64,000 nt of DNA from assembly GCA_965205265.1 (NCBI GenBank), contig CBDBGH010000003.1:5376001-5440000 (forward strand). The letters run 5' to 3'. A program made the translations under genes and the position numbers. The number at the start of each line of letters is the position of its first letter. The stretch's first letter is position 1. This stretch comes from Alphaproteobacteria bacterium (lineage in GTDB: Bacteria > Pseudomonadota > Alphaproteobacteria > Bin95). This document shows positions 1 to 15,185 of the stretch, one piece after another. The notes beneath the pieces were generated by a model. It was not told where the DNA came from. It ran no database searches and saw nothing but the letters and a program-made list of their open reading frames with translations.

Positions 1-882
1 CTCGACCATGGGCACGGCCCACTTCCAGCGCGTCGCCAGTTCGTCGGCCGCCGCCCCGAGCTTCGCCATGGCGAGGGTTTCCAGCAGCGCCGGGTCCTCG
101 AACCAGACGCCGTCCTCGCCGTCCTCGGCGAACAGGTCGCGCATGACCGTGCCGCCGGTGGCCTCGTAGGCCTCCGCCCCGACGAAGCGGGCGATGGCCG
201 CCGCCCCCGGCACCCGTTCCTCGGTCAAGATGCGTTTCACCTGCCAGGCAGACGGGCGGTAGCCCTGGGCCGAGACCTGCGCCCAGACCGCCAGCTGGCG
301 CGCCCGGTCGGCGGTGACGGCGAAGGCTTGCAGCGTCGCCAGGTCGATCTCGCCGGCCCGGTAGGCGTCGAGCAGTTCCGGCGCGGCGTTGCCGAGGCGC
401 AGGCGCTGCTCGACGATGCGCTCCGACGCGCCGAAGCGCGCGGCGATGGCGGCGACCGACCGGCCGGATGCGGCCAGTTCGGCGAAGGCCGTGACCTGGT
501 CGGCCGGGTGCATGGGGATGCGGATGACGTTCTCGGCGAGCGAGACCTCGCCGGGCGCGTCAGTGTCGGTTCTGACCTGGCAGGGCACGGGATGACCGGC
601 ATCCAGCGCGCCGTCCGCGGCCAGCGCCTGCATCGCCCTGAGGCGGCGGCCGCCGGCGACCACGGCAAAGCGTTCGGTTCCCTCGTCGTCGGGCTCGTCC
701 GGCCGGACGATGAGGTTCTCCAGCAGGCCGAAGGCGGCGATCGAGGCCGCGAGCGCGGCATCGGCTTGCCCATCGGGCGGGGTCCTGCGGACGTTCTCGG
801 GCGCAAGGCCGAGCCGGGAGAGCGGAATCTCCCGGATGATCGGCGTGTCGCCGGGGGCGCCGGGCGTGGCGGTGCGGTTCAT
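1..882 (-). CDS. ParB/RepB/Spo0J-family protein of ICE/plasmid type (runs off the left window edge)
   Basis: Not in the ORF track. My translation from ATG 882 (AGGAG RBS upstream) is open to base 1: MNRTATP...IPLSRLGLAPENVRR...LAASIAAFGLLENLIV...FAVVAGGRRLRA...SLAENVIRIPMHPADQ...IAARFG...VEQRLRL. These are ParB N-terminal motifs followed by an HTH. Confidence 0.9.
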   Translation of the reverse strand, partial: MNRTATPGAPGDTPIIREIPLSRLGLAPENVRRTPPDGQADAALAASIAAFGLLENLIVRPDEPDDEGTERFAVVAGGRRLRAMQALAADGALDAGHPVPCQVRTDTDAPGEVSLAENVIRIPMHPADQVTAFAELAASGRSVAAIAARFGASERIVEQRLRLGNAAPELLDAYRAGEIDLATLQAFAVTADRARQLAVWAQVSAQGYRPSAWQVKRILTEERVPGAAAIARFVGAEAYEATGGTVMRDLFAEDGEDGVWFEDPALLETLAMAKLGAAADELATRWKWAVPMVE

Positions 883-1062
883 GCGAAACTCCTGGATGGT
901 GTATGGAAAGGACGAAAGCGGCGTCGGGGACCGGACCCCGCCGGCCCGGCCGCGTCGCCCCGGCCGCCGCCCGGCTCCGCCTCTCGGCGGCGGGACCGGC
1001 GAAAGACGGCGCCGGACAACGGCGCGGGCAGCGCCCCGGACGAACGGGATCGGGGCTGAAAC

Positions 1063-2313
1063 TCAGGCGATGGCGAGATGTTCGCCCCAGGGCGGCGGGC
1101 TCCGGAAGGGTCCGGACCCGGACTGCCAGTCGCACCACAGAACCGGAAAGGGAGGTTCCGCCTCGGGGTAGCGGTCGCACGCCATGTCGGTGAAGTAGAG
1201 GCAGACCGCGGGTTGCACGCCGTGCGCCTCCAGCCAGGCGAAGCCGGGCCGGAAGTCGGTGCCGCCCCGTCCCCTGACGACGATCTCCTCGGGGAGATCG
1301 TCCGGGGCATGGTCGGCGGCGTCGCGCACCGCGGTGTCGACCTGGAGCACGATGACGCGCGCGGGATCGGTCTCCATCGCAGCCTCGCGCACCTCCGACC
1401 AGAAGGCGGCCAGGGTCGCCGTGTCGACCGAGCCCGAAGTGTCGACGATGACGGCGATGGCGTCCATGCCCTCGGAGCGAAGCGAGGGCAGGTAGAGCCC
1501 GGAGTCGATGAAGCGCCGGTTGGGGACGCTCCAGGAATAGTCGCTCTTCGCCGCCCCGGTCATGAAGCGGCGCAGCAGCGCGCGCCAGTCGAGCGCGGCG
1601 GCATGGGCGCCGCGCACGGTCTCCTCGACGGCGCCGGGCATCCGGCCTTCGGCCTTCGCGAGGCTGGCGGCCTGGTGCATGGCCTCGTCCCACGCCTGCT
1701 CCTCGGCGGCGAGAGCGCCCGGCGCATCCATGACCTCGCCGGTGCCGGCGGGATCGCAGCTCGGCGGCCCGGCGCCATCCTGTCCGGGTTCGTCCCGGCC
1801 GGACGGATCGCCGGCGTTACCGCCATCGCTGCCGTCCGGGGAGCCGGACGCGCGGTTTCCGTTGCCCGCACCGTCCGGGCCGGGCGGCGCGGCGTCATCG
1901 GCGTCGGGCTCCGGCAGGCGGTCATAGGCCTGCTCGACGCTGATCCCGTCCCAGGCCTCGGCGTCCGGCGGCAGGACGAACCCGGCGTCCTTCAGCAGCC
2001 CGTGGGTGACCAGCTGCGAGGCGTGCTGCCAGCGTTCCGGGTCGCGCCCGCCGCGCCGCGTGTGGTGCTTGAGGGCGCAGGCGAGCACCACCCGGGCGAT
2101 CGCGGTCTCGATCAGGTGGGCGTCGGTCTCCGCGATCCAGGCCGGGGAATAGCGGATCTCGCGCCCGTCGCTCGCCAGGGTCTCGCGGCCGGCATCGGCC
2201 CGCACCGGCAGGCGGAGCGCGAGTGCGCCGAAGAAGGGCTGCCGGCGCAGCAGCGCCGTGACGCAGCGGCTCACCCGCTCGGCCGACTCGCCGCGCGGCC
2301 GGGCCGCCATCAC
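1063..2313 (-). CDS. DUF2201-type protein: N-terminal metallopeptidase-like domain (degenerate), low-complexity linker, C-terminal vWA domain
   Basis: PFFGALALRL..TLASDG..RY, HHTRRGGRDP, YSWSVPNRRF...LYLPSL, MIDAS motif VDTSGS, and GRGGTDFRPGF...YFTD. Confidence 0.85.
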   Translation of the reverse strand: MMAARPRGESAERVSRCVTALLRRQPFFGALALRLPVRADAGRETLASDGREIRYSPAWIAETDAHLIETAIARVVLACALKHHTRRGGRDPERWQHASQLVTHGLLKDAGFVLPPDAEAWDGISVEQAYDRLPEPDADDAAPPGPDGAGNGNRASGSPDGSDGGNAGDPSGRDEPGQDGAGPPSCDPAGTGEVMDAPGALAAEEQAWDEAMHQAASLAKAEGRMPGAVEETVRGAHAAALDWRALLRRFMTGAAKSDYSWSVPNRRFIDSGLYLPSLRSEGMDAIAVIVDTSGSVDTATLAAFWSEVREAAMETDPARVIVLQVDTAVRDAADHAPDDLPEEIVVRGRGGTDFRPGFAWLEAHGVQPAVCLYFTDMACDRYPEAEPPFPVLWCDWQSGSGPFRSPPPWGEHLAIA

Positions 2314-3209
2314 GCCGCCTCCCGCACCGGCTCGGCCTGCGTCCCGAAATACCCCGCGAACGCCTCCGCCAGCGCGTCGGCCTCGCGCTTGACCTGCGCG
2401 CGCGCCATCGGGTCGAAGCTCTTCGACGGCCTGAGTGCGTCCGGCTCGACGCTGGCGATCTTCTCCTTCACCTGCCCGCAGAGACGCGCAAGTTCGTCGT
2501 CGCCGAAGATGTTGAGCCGCGGCACCACGTCCACCAGATCGCGGATGTTGCCGATCATCGAATCGCGGAACACCAGCGGCTTGCCCTCATCGTCTTCCCG
2601 GAGGCGTTCGGAGACCCGCTCCACCGCTTCGCCCAGGCGGCGGTAGAGGTCGCCCACCGCGTCGTGGAGGCGCTCCTCGATCTGGCTCTCGATGTCGCGC
2701 TTCACCCGCTCGGTGTCGTCGGAGGCGAGCTTGGCCATGAAGTGGTCGGCGTCCGGCACCGGGACGATGCGCCAGCGCAGGCCGAACCTCTCCCGCAGGT
2801 CCTCCTTCGCGGGATAGTCCGCGATGCGGAACAGCCTGCCGAGTTCCAGCCGGGCCCGGTCGATGTTGTCCTCGTAGTCGTCGATGAAGCGGGCGCGTTC
2901 GCGCACCAGGCGCTCGCGCAGGCCCTCCATCAGTCCGGTGTAGCGCTCGTAGTTGGCGACGGTGAGCAGGCGGCTCCCCTGGTCGTCCCAGGGCAGGGTG
3001 TTGGCGTAGTGGGCGCCGCGCGCCGCGCTGACGGTCGCGTTCAGCGCGGCGAAGGCGGCCTTCGGCAGCAGGCACTTGTTGTAGCGCCCGGCGGCGGCGC
3101 TGGCCTCGTGATGGACCGCGACATGGGTCGAGGCCTGGCGGTCGTGGAGCCGGCCCGACCAGGCGGCGATGCGCAGGGACACCAGCATGGCGTCGTGGGT
3201 GAGATTCAT
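2310..3209 (-). CDS. DUF3150-like mobile-element protein
   Basis: AMLVSLRIAAWSG, AGRYNKCLL, HYANTLPWDDQGSRLL, F..ADYP, FRDSMIGNI..L..VVPRLNI.GD..L. It overlaps the downstream gene by 4 nt and has an AGGAG RBS. Confidence 0.65.
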   Translation of the reverse strand: MNLTHDAMLVSLRIAAWSGRLHDRQASTHVAVHHEASAAAGRYNKCLLPKAAFAALNATVSAARGAHYANTLPWDDQGSRLLTVANYERYTGLMEGLRERLVRERARFIDDYEDNIDRARLELGRLFRIADYPAKEDLRERFGLRWRIVPVPDADHFMAKLASDDTERVKRDIESQIEERLHDAVGDLYRRLGEAVERVSERLREDDEGKPLVFRDSMIGNIRDLVDVVPRLNIFGDDELARLCGQVKEKIASVEPDALRPSKSFDPMARAQVKREADALAEAFAGYFGTQAEPVREAA

Positions 3210-3389
3210 GGCGGCAACTCCTGTGTGAGGGCTATCGCAGGGTCCACACCGGCACGCGCAGGGCGGCGGCGGGCCTGCGTCTTGCCGTTTCGCGGTCGGG
3301 AGCGCGCACGGCGTATGCGCGCGAGGGCGCGTCTCCCGCGGGATGGTGGAGAATCCTCCAGACCGCCGGTGCGGCCTTCGGGTCCTTCG

Positions 3390-4415
3390 TCATGGCGTGC
3401 GCGCCGCCGCCCAGCGGATGAAAGCGGGCGTGCGCTGGAGGTCCGGGTCGCGGCGGACGCAGGAGCCGACCAGGAACTCGCCGACCTCGCGCCGCAGCCG
3501 TCCGGCATAGGTGACGATGGCGTCGAGCGTGATGTCGTCGGCCATGCGGTAGAGCGCGCCGCAGAGCGCGATCAGGGCGCTGGCGTTCTCCGGCACCGGG
3601 GCGCCCGCGGGATCGTCGAGCACCGCCTTCGGATGAGGCAGTTCCCGCCACACCTTGAGGAAGGCCGAGAACTCCACCGCCGCCGCCTCGCCCACCGTGC
3701 CCCGGAACAGGGCGCGCTCGACGCCGGCATCGAGGCCGGCGCGGCGGTTGACGATGCCGGAGACCATCGCCCAGGTGCGGGGGCAGCAGAACGCCTTCTC
3801 CTTCGCCTGCGGATCGAAGCTGTGCAGCAGGTCCGGGCGCATGCGGATGTAGAACAGCACCTCCGGGGCGATACCGTGGGCCGCGCCCCAGGCGAGCCAG
3901 TCGTCGGCGTCGACCGCGATCTCCAGATGGACGAAGCGCGAAGCGAGCGGCGTCGGCATGCGGTGGACCACGCCCCGGTCGCCCTCGCGGTTGCCGCAGG
4001 CGATCAGCGAGGCGCCCTCGGGCAGTTCGTACTCCCCGACCCGGCGGTCGAGCACCAGCTGGTAGAGGGCGGCCTGCACCAGCGGCACGGCCGAGGGCAA
4101 TTCTTCCAGGTTGATGAGCCAGCGGCCGGGATCGTCCGTCGGCGGCAGGAAGGCCGGCGGCGCCCAGCGGGTGCGGCCGGACCCGTCGCGCCAGGGAATG
4201 CCGCGCAGGTCCACGGGATCGAGCAACAGTGCGCGGATGTCGACATAGGCGCGTCCGGCCTCGGCCGCCACCTGCCGCGCGATGGCGCTCTTGGCCGCCC
4301 CGGGCGGGCCCCAGACGATGCAGGGCTGGCGCGCCTCGACCAGCAGCGCCAGCGTCGCGGCAAGCTCGCTCGGGCGCAGCGTGTAGTCGGCGGAAATCGT
4401 CCCAGATTCGGTCAT
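3390..4415 (-). CDS. MoxR/CbbQ-like AAA+ ATPase (AAA_5 type)
   Basis: Likely start MTESGT at 4415 after GGAGG. Motifs: WGPPGAAKS (Walker A variant), LLDPVDLRGIP, LINLEELPSA (Walker B variant), ACGNR, PLASRF, PRTW. Confidence 0.88.
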   Translation of the reverse strand: MTESGTISADYTLRPSELAATLALLVEARQPCIVWGPPGAAKSAIARQVAAEAGRAYVDIRALLLDPVDLRGIPWRDGSGRTRWAPPAFLPPTDDPGRWLINLEELPSAVPLVQAALYQLVLDRRVGEYELPEGASLIACGNREGDRGVVHRMPTPLASRFVHLEIAVDADDWLAWGAAHGIAPEVLFYIRMRPDLLHSFDPQAKEKAFCCPRTWAMVSGIVNRRAGLDAGVERALFRGTVGEAAAVEFSAFLKVWRELPHPKAVLDDPAGAPVPENASALIALCGALYRMADDITLDAIVTYAGRLRREVGEFLVGSCVRRDPDLQRTPAFIRWAAARTP

Positions 4416-4568
4416 CGGCAGCCTCCGGATGGCGGGAAGACGGCGAAGGCCGGGCACCCTCCGGCCGCCCGACCTTCGACCGGACGGCAGCGCCGCTTCA
4501 CTCATCGTGTTTGGTGACACGGGACGGGCGTCGGCAGCCGGTGGGCGGCGGGGCGCGGACCGCCGGGC

Positions 4569-5369
4569 TCAGGCGCGGTCCGGGCCGGCCGGGCCGCCAT
4601 GCTTGGCGGCGACCGGGGAAATGCCGATCAACTTGGGCAGGGACACGCCGGACGGCGAAAGCGTGTGGCGGATGCGGCGCTCGATCGGGGCAGACCGGCG
4701 ATAGAGGTTCGGACGGAGTTTGGCTGCCCGGCGCAGGTCTTCGGGTGAGGAGAAGATGCAGAAGGAGCAGCTGCACCGCCCCGGGTGGTTGTAGATCCAG
4801 TGGGGCTTCTGGCCGGCGGCGCGGATGACCCGGACGCGTCGGCGGTCGTGAGGTCGACGATCGGCAGCCAGTCGAATGCTCGTTGCGACGCCAAGGAACG
4901 CGCCTCCCGCGCGCGGCACCCTCGTCGCGGCGGAGGCCGAGGCAGTTGACAAGCCGGCGGCAAGAGCGGGGATCGACCTTCAGATAACGGCGCAGCTCGC
5001 GTCCGATCGGCCCGCGCTTGTGACCAGCGGTGCACCATCTCTGGCGGACCCCGGAGAACATGCCGCGCCACTCGACCCGGCTGAGCCGCGACCCGCGACC
5101 CGCGACTTGCCGGATGCGGCGGGCGCGAGGATCAACGGCACGCCCCTGGGAAGCGTCGCCTCGACATGCTCGACCGTGCCGGGCCAGTCGACCTCGCCGA
5201 GCGGGGCGTGAACCGCGACCAGCCGATCGCACGGGACCCGCCGCGACAGCAGGATCGTCATGGCCTGCGAATCCTTGCCGCTCGAGGTATTGACGGCGAT
5301 GAGCGCGCCGGCGCGGATCATGTCCCTGCACCGCGGCGGTACGGGAACATCGGCCATGCGGCTGGACAT
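4569..5369 (-). pseudogene. Phosphoadenosine phosphosulfate (PAPS) reductase-family protein, frameshifted
   Basis: Motifs are spread across three frames: VNTSSGKDSQAM (PP-loop), RWCTAGHKRGPI, LGLRRDE, WLPI, HWIY, RCSCSFCIFS. Confidence 0.8.
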
Positions 5370-5890
5370 GAATCGGCCTCCCGAACGGTGGCGTCGAGGA
5401 CCGTTCCGCGGCCCCGGCTTCGCCCGGAGGATGCCGCCCACTGCCTTCCGCCGCCGCGCGTCCGACCGGCGGAGCCGCCGGGGCGTGGGTGCCGTACGCG
5501 ACAGGCGTCATTTCATGGTCGCTGGGGAATCGGATTCGGAGGCGCGCATTCCTAAAGCGCACCGAAGCGCTCGCGATTGCGGGGGAAGGAGTTAGGGAAG
5601 GCGTCGAAGTTCACGGCGGATGGGTGTAGTGTCCGTATCGCAGGAACGGCACCGACGGCTGACCCGACGAAGGAGACGAAGATTTTGGGCGGACAAAACC
5701 AGATACAAGGCACCGCCGAGTGAAGAGCGTCACTCCAAGCTTGCACCCTAGGATATCTACATTGAAACTAGACCAGTCGGCAGTGGCAGGTCAATTTATC
5801 GAACGAATTTACGGAACAAAACACTAGCGACCCTGATTCTCCCCAACATGGTCGGACCGCAGGGGCACATGATGCCATTCGCGCGCCACC

Positions 5891-6630
5891 TCACACATCT
5901 ATGTCATGGGATAATATGGCATCCAGTATTCTTTTCATCGCCGGAGGCTGAAAACCATCCCTCACCATTTCACTCACAATAATGTTTCGCAAAGTTTCGT
6001 AGCGCACGTTTCCGACTCGCCCTGCACAAAATCTTTTGAGCACGTCCCGCCCGCGAAATAGTTTTTTCCAGTTGTTGGAGCTAACACTCCTCAACAATTT
6101 GTTCTCTTCCGCCCGCACATCACCTTCTATGCGCTCCGGCGTTGCTTCCTCGGCAACTGTTTTTTTGGATAACATTTACCTTTTCTTTAGCTCGCCTCGC
6201 TAGTTCTTCTCCTACATTATTTGTTAATTGTGTAGTATCAATATGTCCAATATGCCTTATGTCCCTGCTTATTCTTCCCGCTACTCTTTCGATGGCAAAT
6301 CCCCGCGCCAGGTCCTTTCAAGTGTTCTTTAACTCTGTTCGAACCAATGCCTCTATATCCTTTTCAGGTTCCATTTCCAGTTCGAGGGACCGTAATGCCT
6401 CCGCAATGTATTTTTCTTCCAGCAGATAGTTTTCGATATGATACCTATCCCACTTTAATACTTGATTCGGTATCTGCGCACCATCCTCTTTGCTTTCATC
6501 CGCGTCCTCATCCGTTATTGCCCAAACTCGCTGTTCCCCATTCTCCTTTGCCGCGAGCTCATTCAATATCTCACGCAACTCCTTTACGCTCCGTCGAGAA
6601 CCGCCGCCAACTAAGGTTGCTTCCGTTTCC
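5891..6630 (-). pseudogene. 5'-truncated TOPRIM-domain fragment of an OLD/DUF4435-like ATP-dependent nuclease
   Basis: AT-rich segment reading LVGGGSRRSV...VWAITDEDAD...WDRYHIENYLL. It has an in-frame TGA at 6318-6320 and a frameshift in the T-run near 6160-6167, and continues to ...RGRDVLKRF... Confidence 0.6.
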
Positions 6631-7227
6631 GGCGCGGAGCTCGTGAAGCTTCAGGCGGCGGCTGCGGCGCGCAAGACGGCGCTGGCGACGATGGCTCGCG
6701 AGATGGATCAGAAGAAGGCGCTGATGGACGCGCTCGCCGAGGTCGACACGTCCGACCTGTCGGACGCGGACAAGCTCGCCGCGGCCAAGGCGGCCATCGC
6801 GGCTCTCAAGGAGGCGCTGGACGATGCGGGCGACGTGAGCGATGCCGACAAGGCGACGTATCGGACGCAACTGGCCAGTGCCCAAACAGCGGTGGACCGG
6901 AAAGAGCAGATGAACGCGCTTTCGGCTGCTTCCGGAAAGCTCGACATGGCTCTTGCGGCGTTTTCGTATAGCGCGACAATCTGGGTGAGAGCCGCGCGTC
7001 AATCAGGATGAGATTCCCCGGCGGCATCGGCGAGTTGATGATTGTCGCGCGGGGCGCGGATTGCAAGCGGTTTCGGATTTTGATTGTCGCGGCGCGACAA
7101 ACAAGGTTTTCGGAGAGCGTTTTGATTGTCGCGGGGGGGCCGTCGGGTCGGAGAAGAGACGGCCCGCGGAGGCGATTCCCGCGGGCCGTGAGTGTTGTGG
7201 CCGCTGGGCCGATCTGGCGGCAGCGGT

Positions 7228-9575
<2,348 letters not shown>

Positions 9576-11519
9576 CTACTCGGAAAAACGTCACCGTTCG
9601 CCCAGCCGACCGACCCCGCCAGAAGGTCCAGGAAAAATTTTTTGAGGCGGCGGCCCGGAACTCCGGTCGGGCTACGCCCTCCCTCCGTTCCGGGCCGCCG
9701 CCTTCCCCCGTCTCATCCTGATTGTCGCCAGCGTCTCAAGCTGATTGTCGCGCCGCAGTTTTCGGGCGTGACGCCCACGAAGGAGCAGCTCGACGCCGCC
9801 ATGGCCGCCCTCAGGGACCTGAAAGCGGCGCTCACGGGCGCCGAGGATCTGACCGACGACGAAAAGGACCGGTATCAGGCTCAGGCGGACCGTGCGGACG
9901 CTGACGACGGGCAGATCAAGACGGCGCAGGGCCATTACCAGGATCATGTTGTCGAGAACATCGAGGACATCCAGATCGCGGCGGCCATGAAGGCGGTCGA
10001 GATGGTCACTGACACCTCCGACGAAGACACCGTGACGGACGCGCAGGAGGCCATCGACGCCGCCAAGGAGGAGATCAGCGGCGCAAACATCACTGATGCT
10101 CAGAAGGCGACGCTCCTTGCGGCCATTAACATCCATCAGGGTGCGCTCGACCGGGCGAAGCTCTCCCGCACCAGGTACACGGAAAATCAGACCCGCATCG
10201 CCGGCGTCGTCAAGACGATCACGGACACCCAGATCAAGGCGGTCATGGACGCGATCGAGAAGATCACGAACACGTCCGACGACAGCACCGTGACGGACGC
10301 CCAGACCGCCATCGACGCGGCCAAGAAGGCGATCACGGACGCTCAGCTCCCTGACGCCAACAAGGAGACGCTTCGCAGGCAGCTTGACGACCAAGAGACG
10401 GCCTTTAACGAAGCCAAGATAGATCGTGAAGTCGCGATGATCACGGACGGCGAGATCAAGGCGGTCATGGAAGCGATCGGGATGATCACGGCCCTGTCCG
10501 AGGAGAGCACCGTGACCGACGTCGAAGCCGCCATCGCGGCGGCCAGGAAGGCGATCGCGGACGCACAGCTCCCTGACGTCAACAAGGAGGCGCTTCGCGC
10601 GAGGCTCGCCGCGCAGGAGACCGCCTTCGGCGCCGCCAAGATGGACCGCGCGGACGGGGCCAAGAGGGGCAAGGCGCTGCACGCGGCGATGGCCGGCCCT
10701 AAGGCGACGACGGCACCCAATAACGCGCTGACAAATCTCCAGTCCGCCCCGTACTACGTCACCGCACTCGTCGATTCCGGGAATGACCTCGGGACCGGCG
10801 AAGCCATCGGCAGACGGGGTGACTTCCGGATCGATCCCGCAGAGGGCGCGGGGGTGATCCCGGACGGCAATGCGCACAAGGCCGTGTTCTTCAGGCATGT
10901 CGGCAGTGAGCACATCGTCGATGAGGACGACGATCGGTTCGGTCAACCGCACTCCACGGCCCTCCCGAACGTCCCGAAGAAGGGGAAGTACCCGGAGAAC
11001 TTCGATACCGGTGAACATGGCAACGTGGGCACTGAGTGGTACGTCACGGACTTCACCAGGACCACCGGCTCCGGCGACGATCGGGTCACCGACAGGGTCC
11101 GGGTGTACAACGACAAGGTGGGAGGCCCGCTGACGGATACGAGGAGCGGGTACCTTCTCGAGAAGGATCTCGCGACGTACTTCGCGACCAGCGAGAAGCC
11201 GGTGAACGCGGGGGACCTCGACACGGACAAGCGCTCGCTGTCCCTGGGCACCGGGGTCTATAGCGCGACAATCTGGGTGAGAGCCGCGCGTCAATCAGGA
11301 TGAGATTCCCCGGCGGCATCGGCGAGTTGATGATTGTCGCGCGGGGCGCGGATTGCAAGCGGTTTCGGATTTTGATTGTCGCGGCGCGACAAACAAGGTT
11401 TTCGGAGAGCGTTTTGATTGTCGCGGGGGGGCCGTCGGGTCGGAGAAGAGACGGCCCGCGGAGGCGATTCCCGCGGGCCGTGAGTGTTGTGGCCGCTGGG
11501 CCGATCTGGCGGCAGCGGT

Positions 11520-13867
<2,348 letters not shown>

Positions 13868-14970
13868 CTACTCGGAAAAACGTCACCGTTCGCCCAGCCG
13901 ACCGACCCCGCCAGAAGGTCCAGGAAAAATTTTTTGAGGCGGCGGCCCGGAACTCCGGTCGGGCTACGCCCTCCCTCCGTTCCGGGCCGCCGCCTTCCCC
14001 CGTCTCATCCTGATTGTCGCCAGCGTCTCAAGCTGATTGTCGCGCCGCAGGGGTCGACCGGCACCTCGCCGCCCCGGTGTTCGACCGGTCGGGAGCCAAG
14101 ACCTACGATGTGTCTGACGGGAAGTCGGAGCAAGATCCGACCTTGATCAAGATTCCGGGCACCTACATGGGCGCGCCGGGCGACTACTACTGCCCCTCCG
14201 CCAGCACCTGCACGGTCGGGATCGGGGTCGGCGGCTGGTTCCTGAGCGAGGCCTGGTACTTCGTCTACGACGAGGGCGCGAAGGTGCAGGAGAGGGACTT
14301 CGACCATCTCTACTTCGGCTGGTGGATCAGAGAGGATGACGAAGGCGTGCCCGCGGCGGTCAGCGCCTTCTACCGGTCCGTCGGCGGGGACATCGAGCTC
14401 GCCACGGACGGCGGCAGCCTGAACGGCACGGCGCGCTTCGAGGGCCCCGCGGTCGGCGTGTACGCCATCCACGACCCGCTCAACGAGAAGGGCGACGGCG
14501 GCGACTTCACGGCGACGGCCAAGCTCCTGGCCAAGTTCGGGGCCACCAACCTGGTGCCCGAGGCGGGCATGACCGGCACGATCGACGGGTTCCGCCTGGA
14601 CAACGGGTCGGAGCCGAACTGGAGCGTGACGTTGCAGAAGGGCGCCTGGACCACCGGGGCCAGTCGTGAGATCGGGGCGCAGAAAGGCCACACCGACAAG
14701 ACGGCCAAGACGGTCTGGTCGATCAACGGCACCAAGGGGACGCCGGGCGGCAGCTGGGAGGCCTCGCTGTATGACGAGGCGGCCGGCACCATTGCGGATG
14801 GCGGCGACGGCAGCGACAGGCCGAGTTCGGTGCTCGGCAAGTTCTACGCCGAGCACGGCGACACCCATCGGATGGTGGGCGCCTTCGGCGCGAAGATCCA
14901 GCTGGAGGAGTAGCCGAACGGAGCCGGGCTCCCGTTGATGCGGGAGCCCGGCCCGGTTCCCGGTCGTGAC

Positions 14971-15005
14971 AAGGGTGGCGCGCTTCCTGCGCCGCCCTTC
15001 TTTTT
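14971..15005 (+). terminator. Probable rho-independent terminator after the TbpB-like gene
   Basis: AAGGGTGGCGC-loop-GCGCCGCCCTT followed by CTTTTT. Confidence 0.6.
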
Positions 15006-15185
15006 CGATCGAGAGCCCGGACAGCAAGCGATGCGACAGACGCGGCCCGCGCGCCGTTCTTCCAGCGGCTTCTCTCCGGGCGAGCGGCGGCGCCCCGAGG
15101 CGGTTCCTGGCCCTTCCCCCCTTTCGATGAGCGTGTCCGGGGCGATGCGGGCCTCCCTCCCGGGCGGCGGGAGACGAGTGACGCG

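Noticed and set aside
9642-11303. Standalone ORF or IS-driven fusion protein (also 14014-14913)
   Set aside because: The starts are TTG codons inside the IS end with no evident RBS. They are chance read-ins to the interrupted gene.
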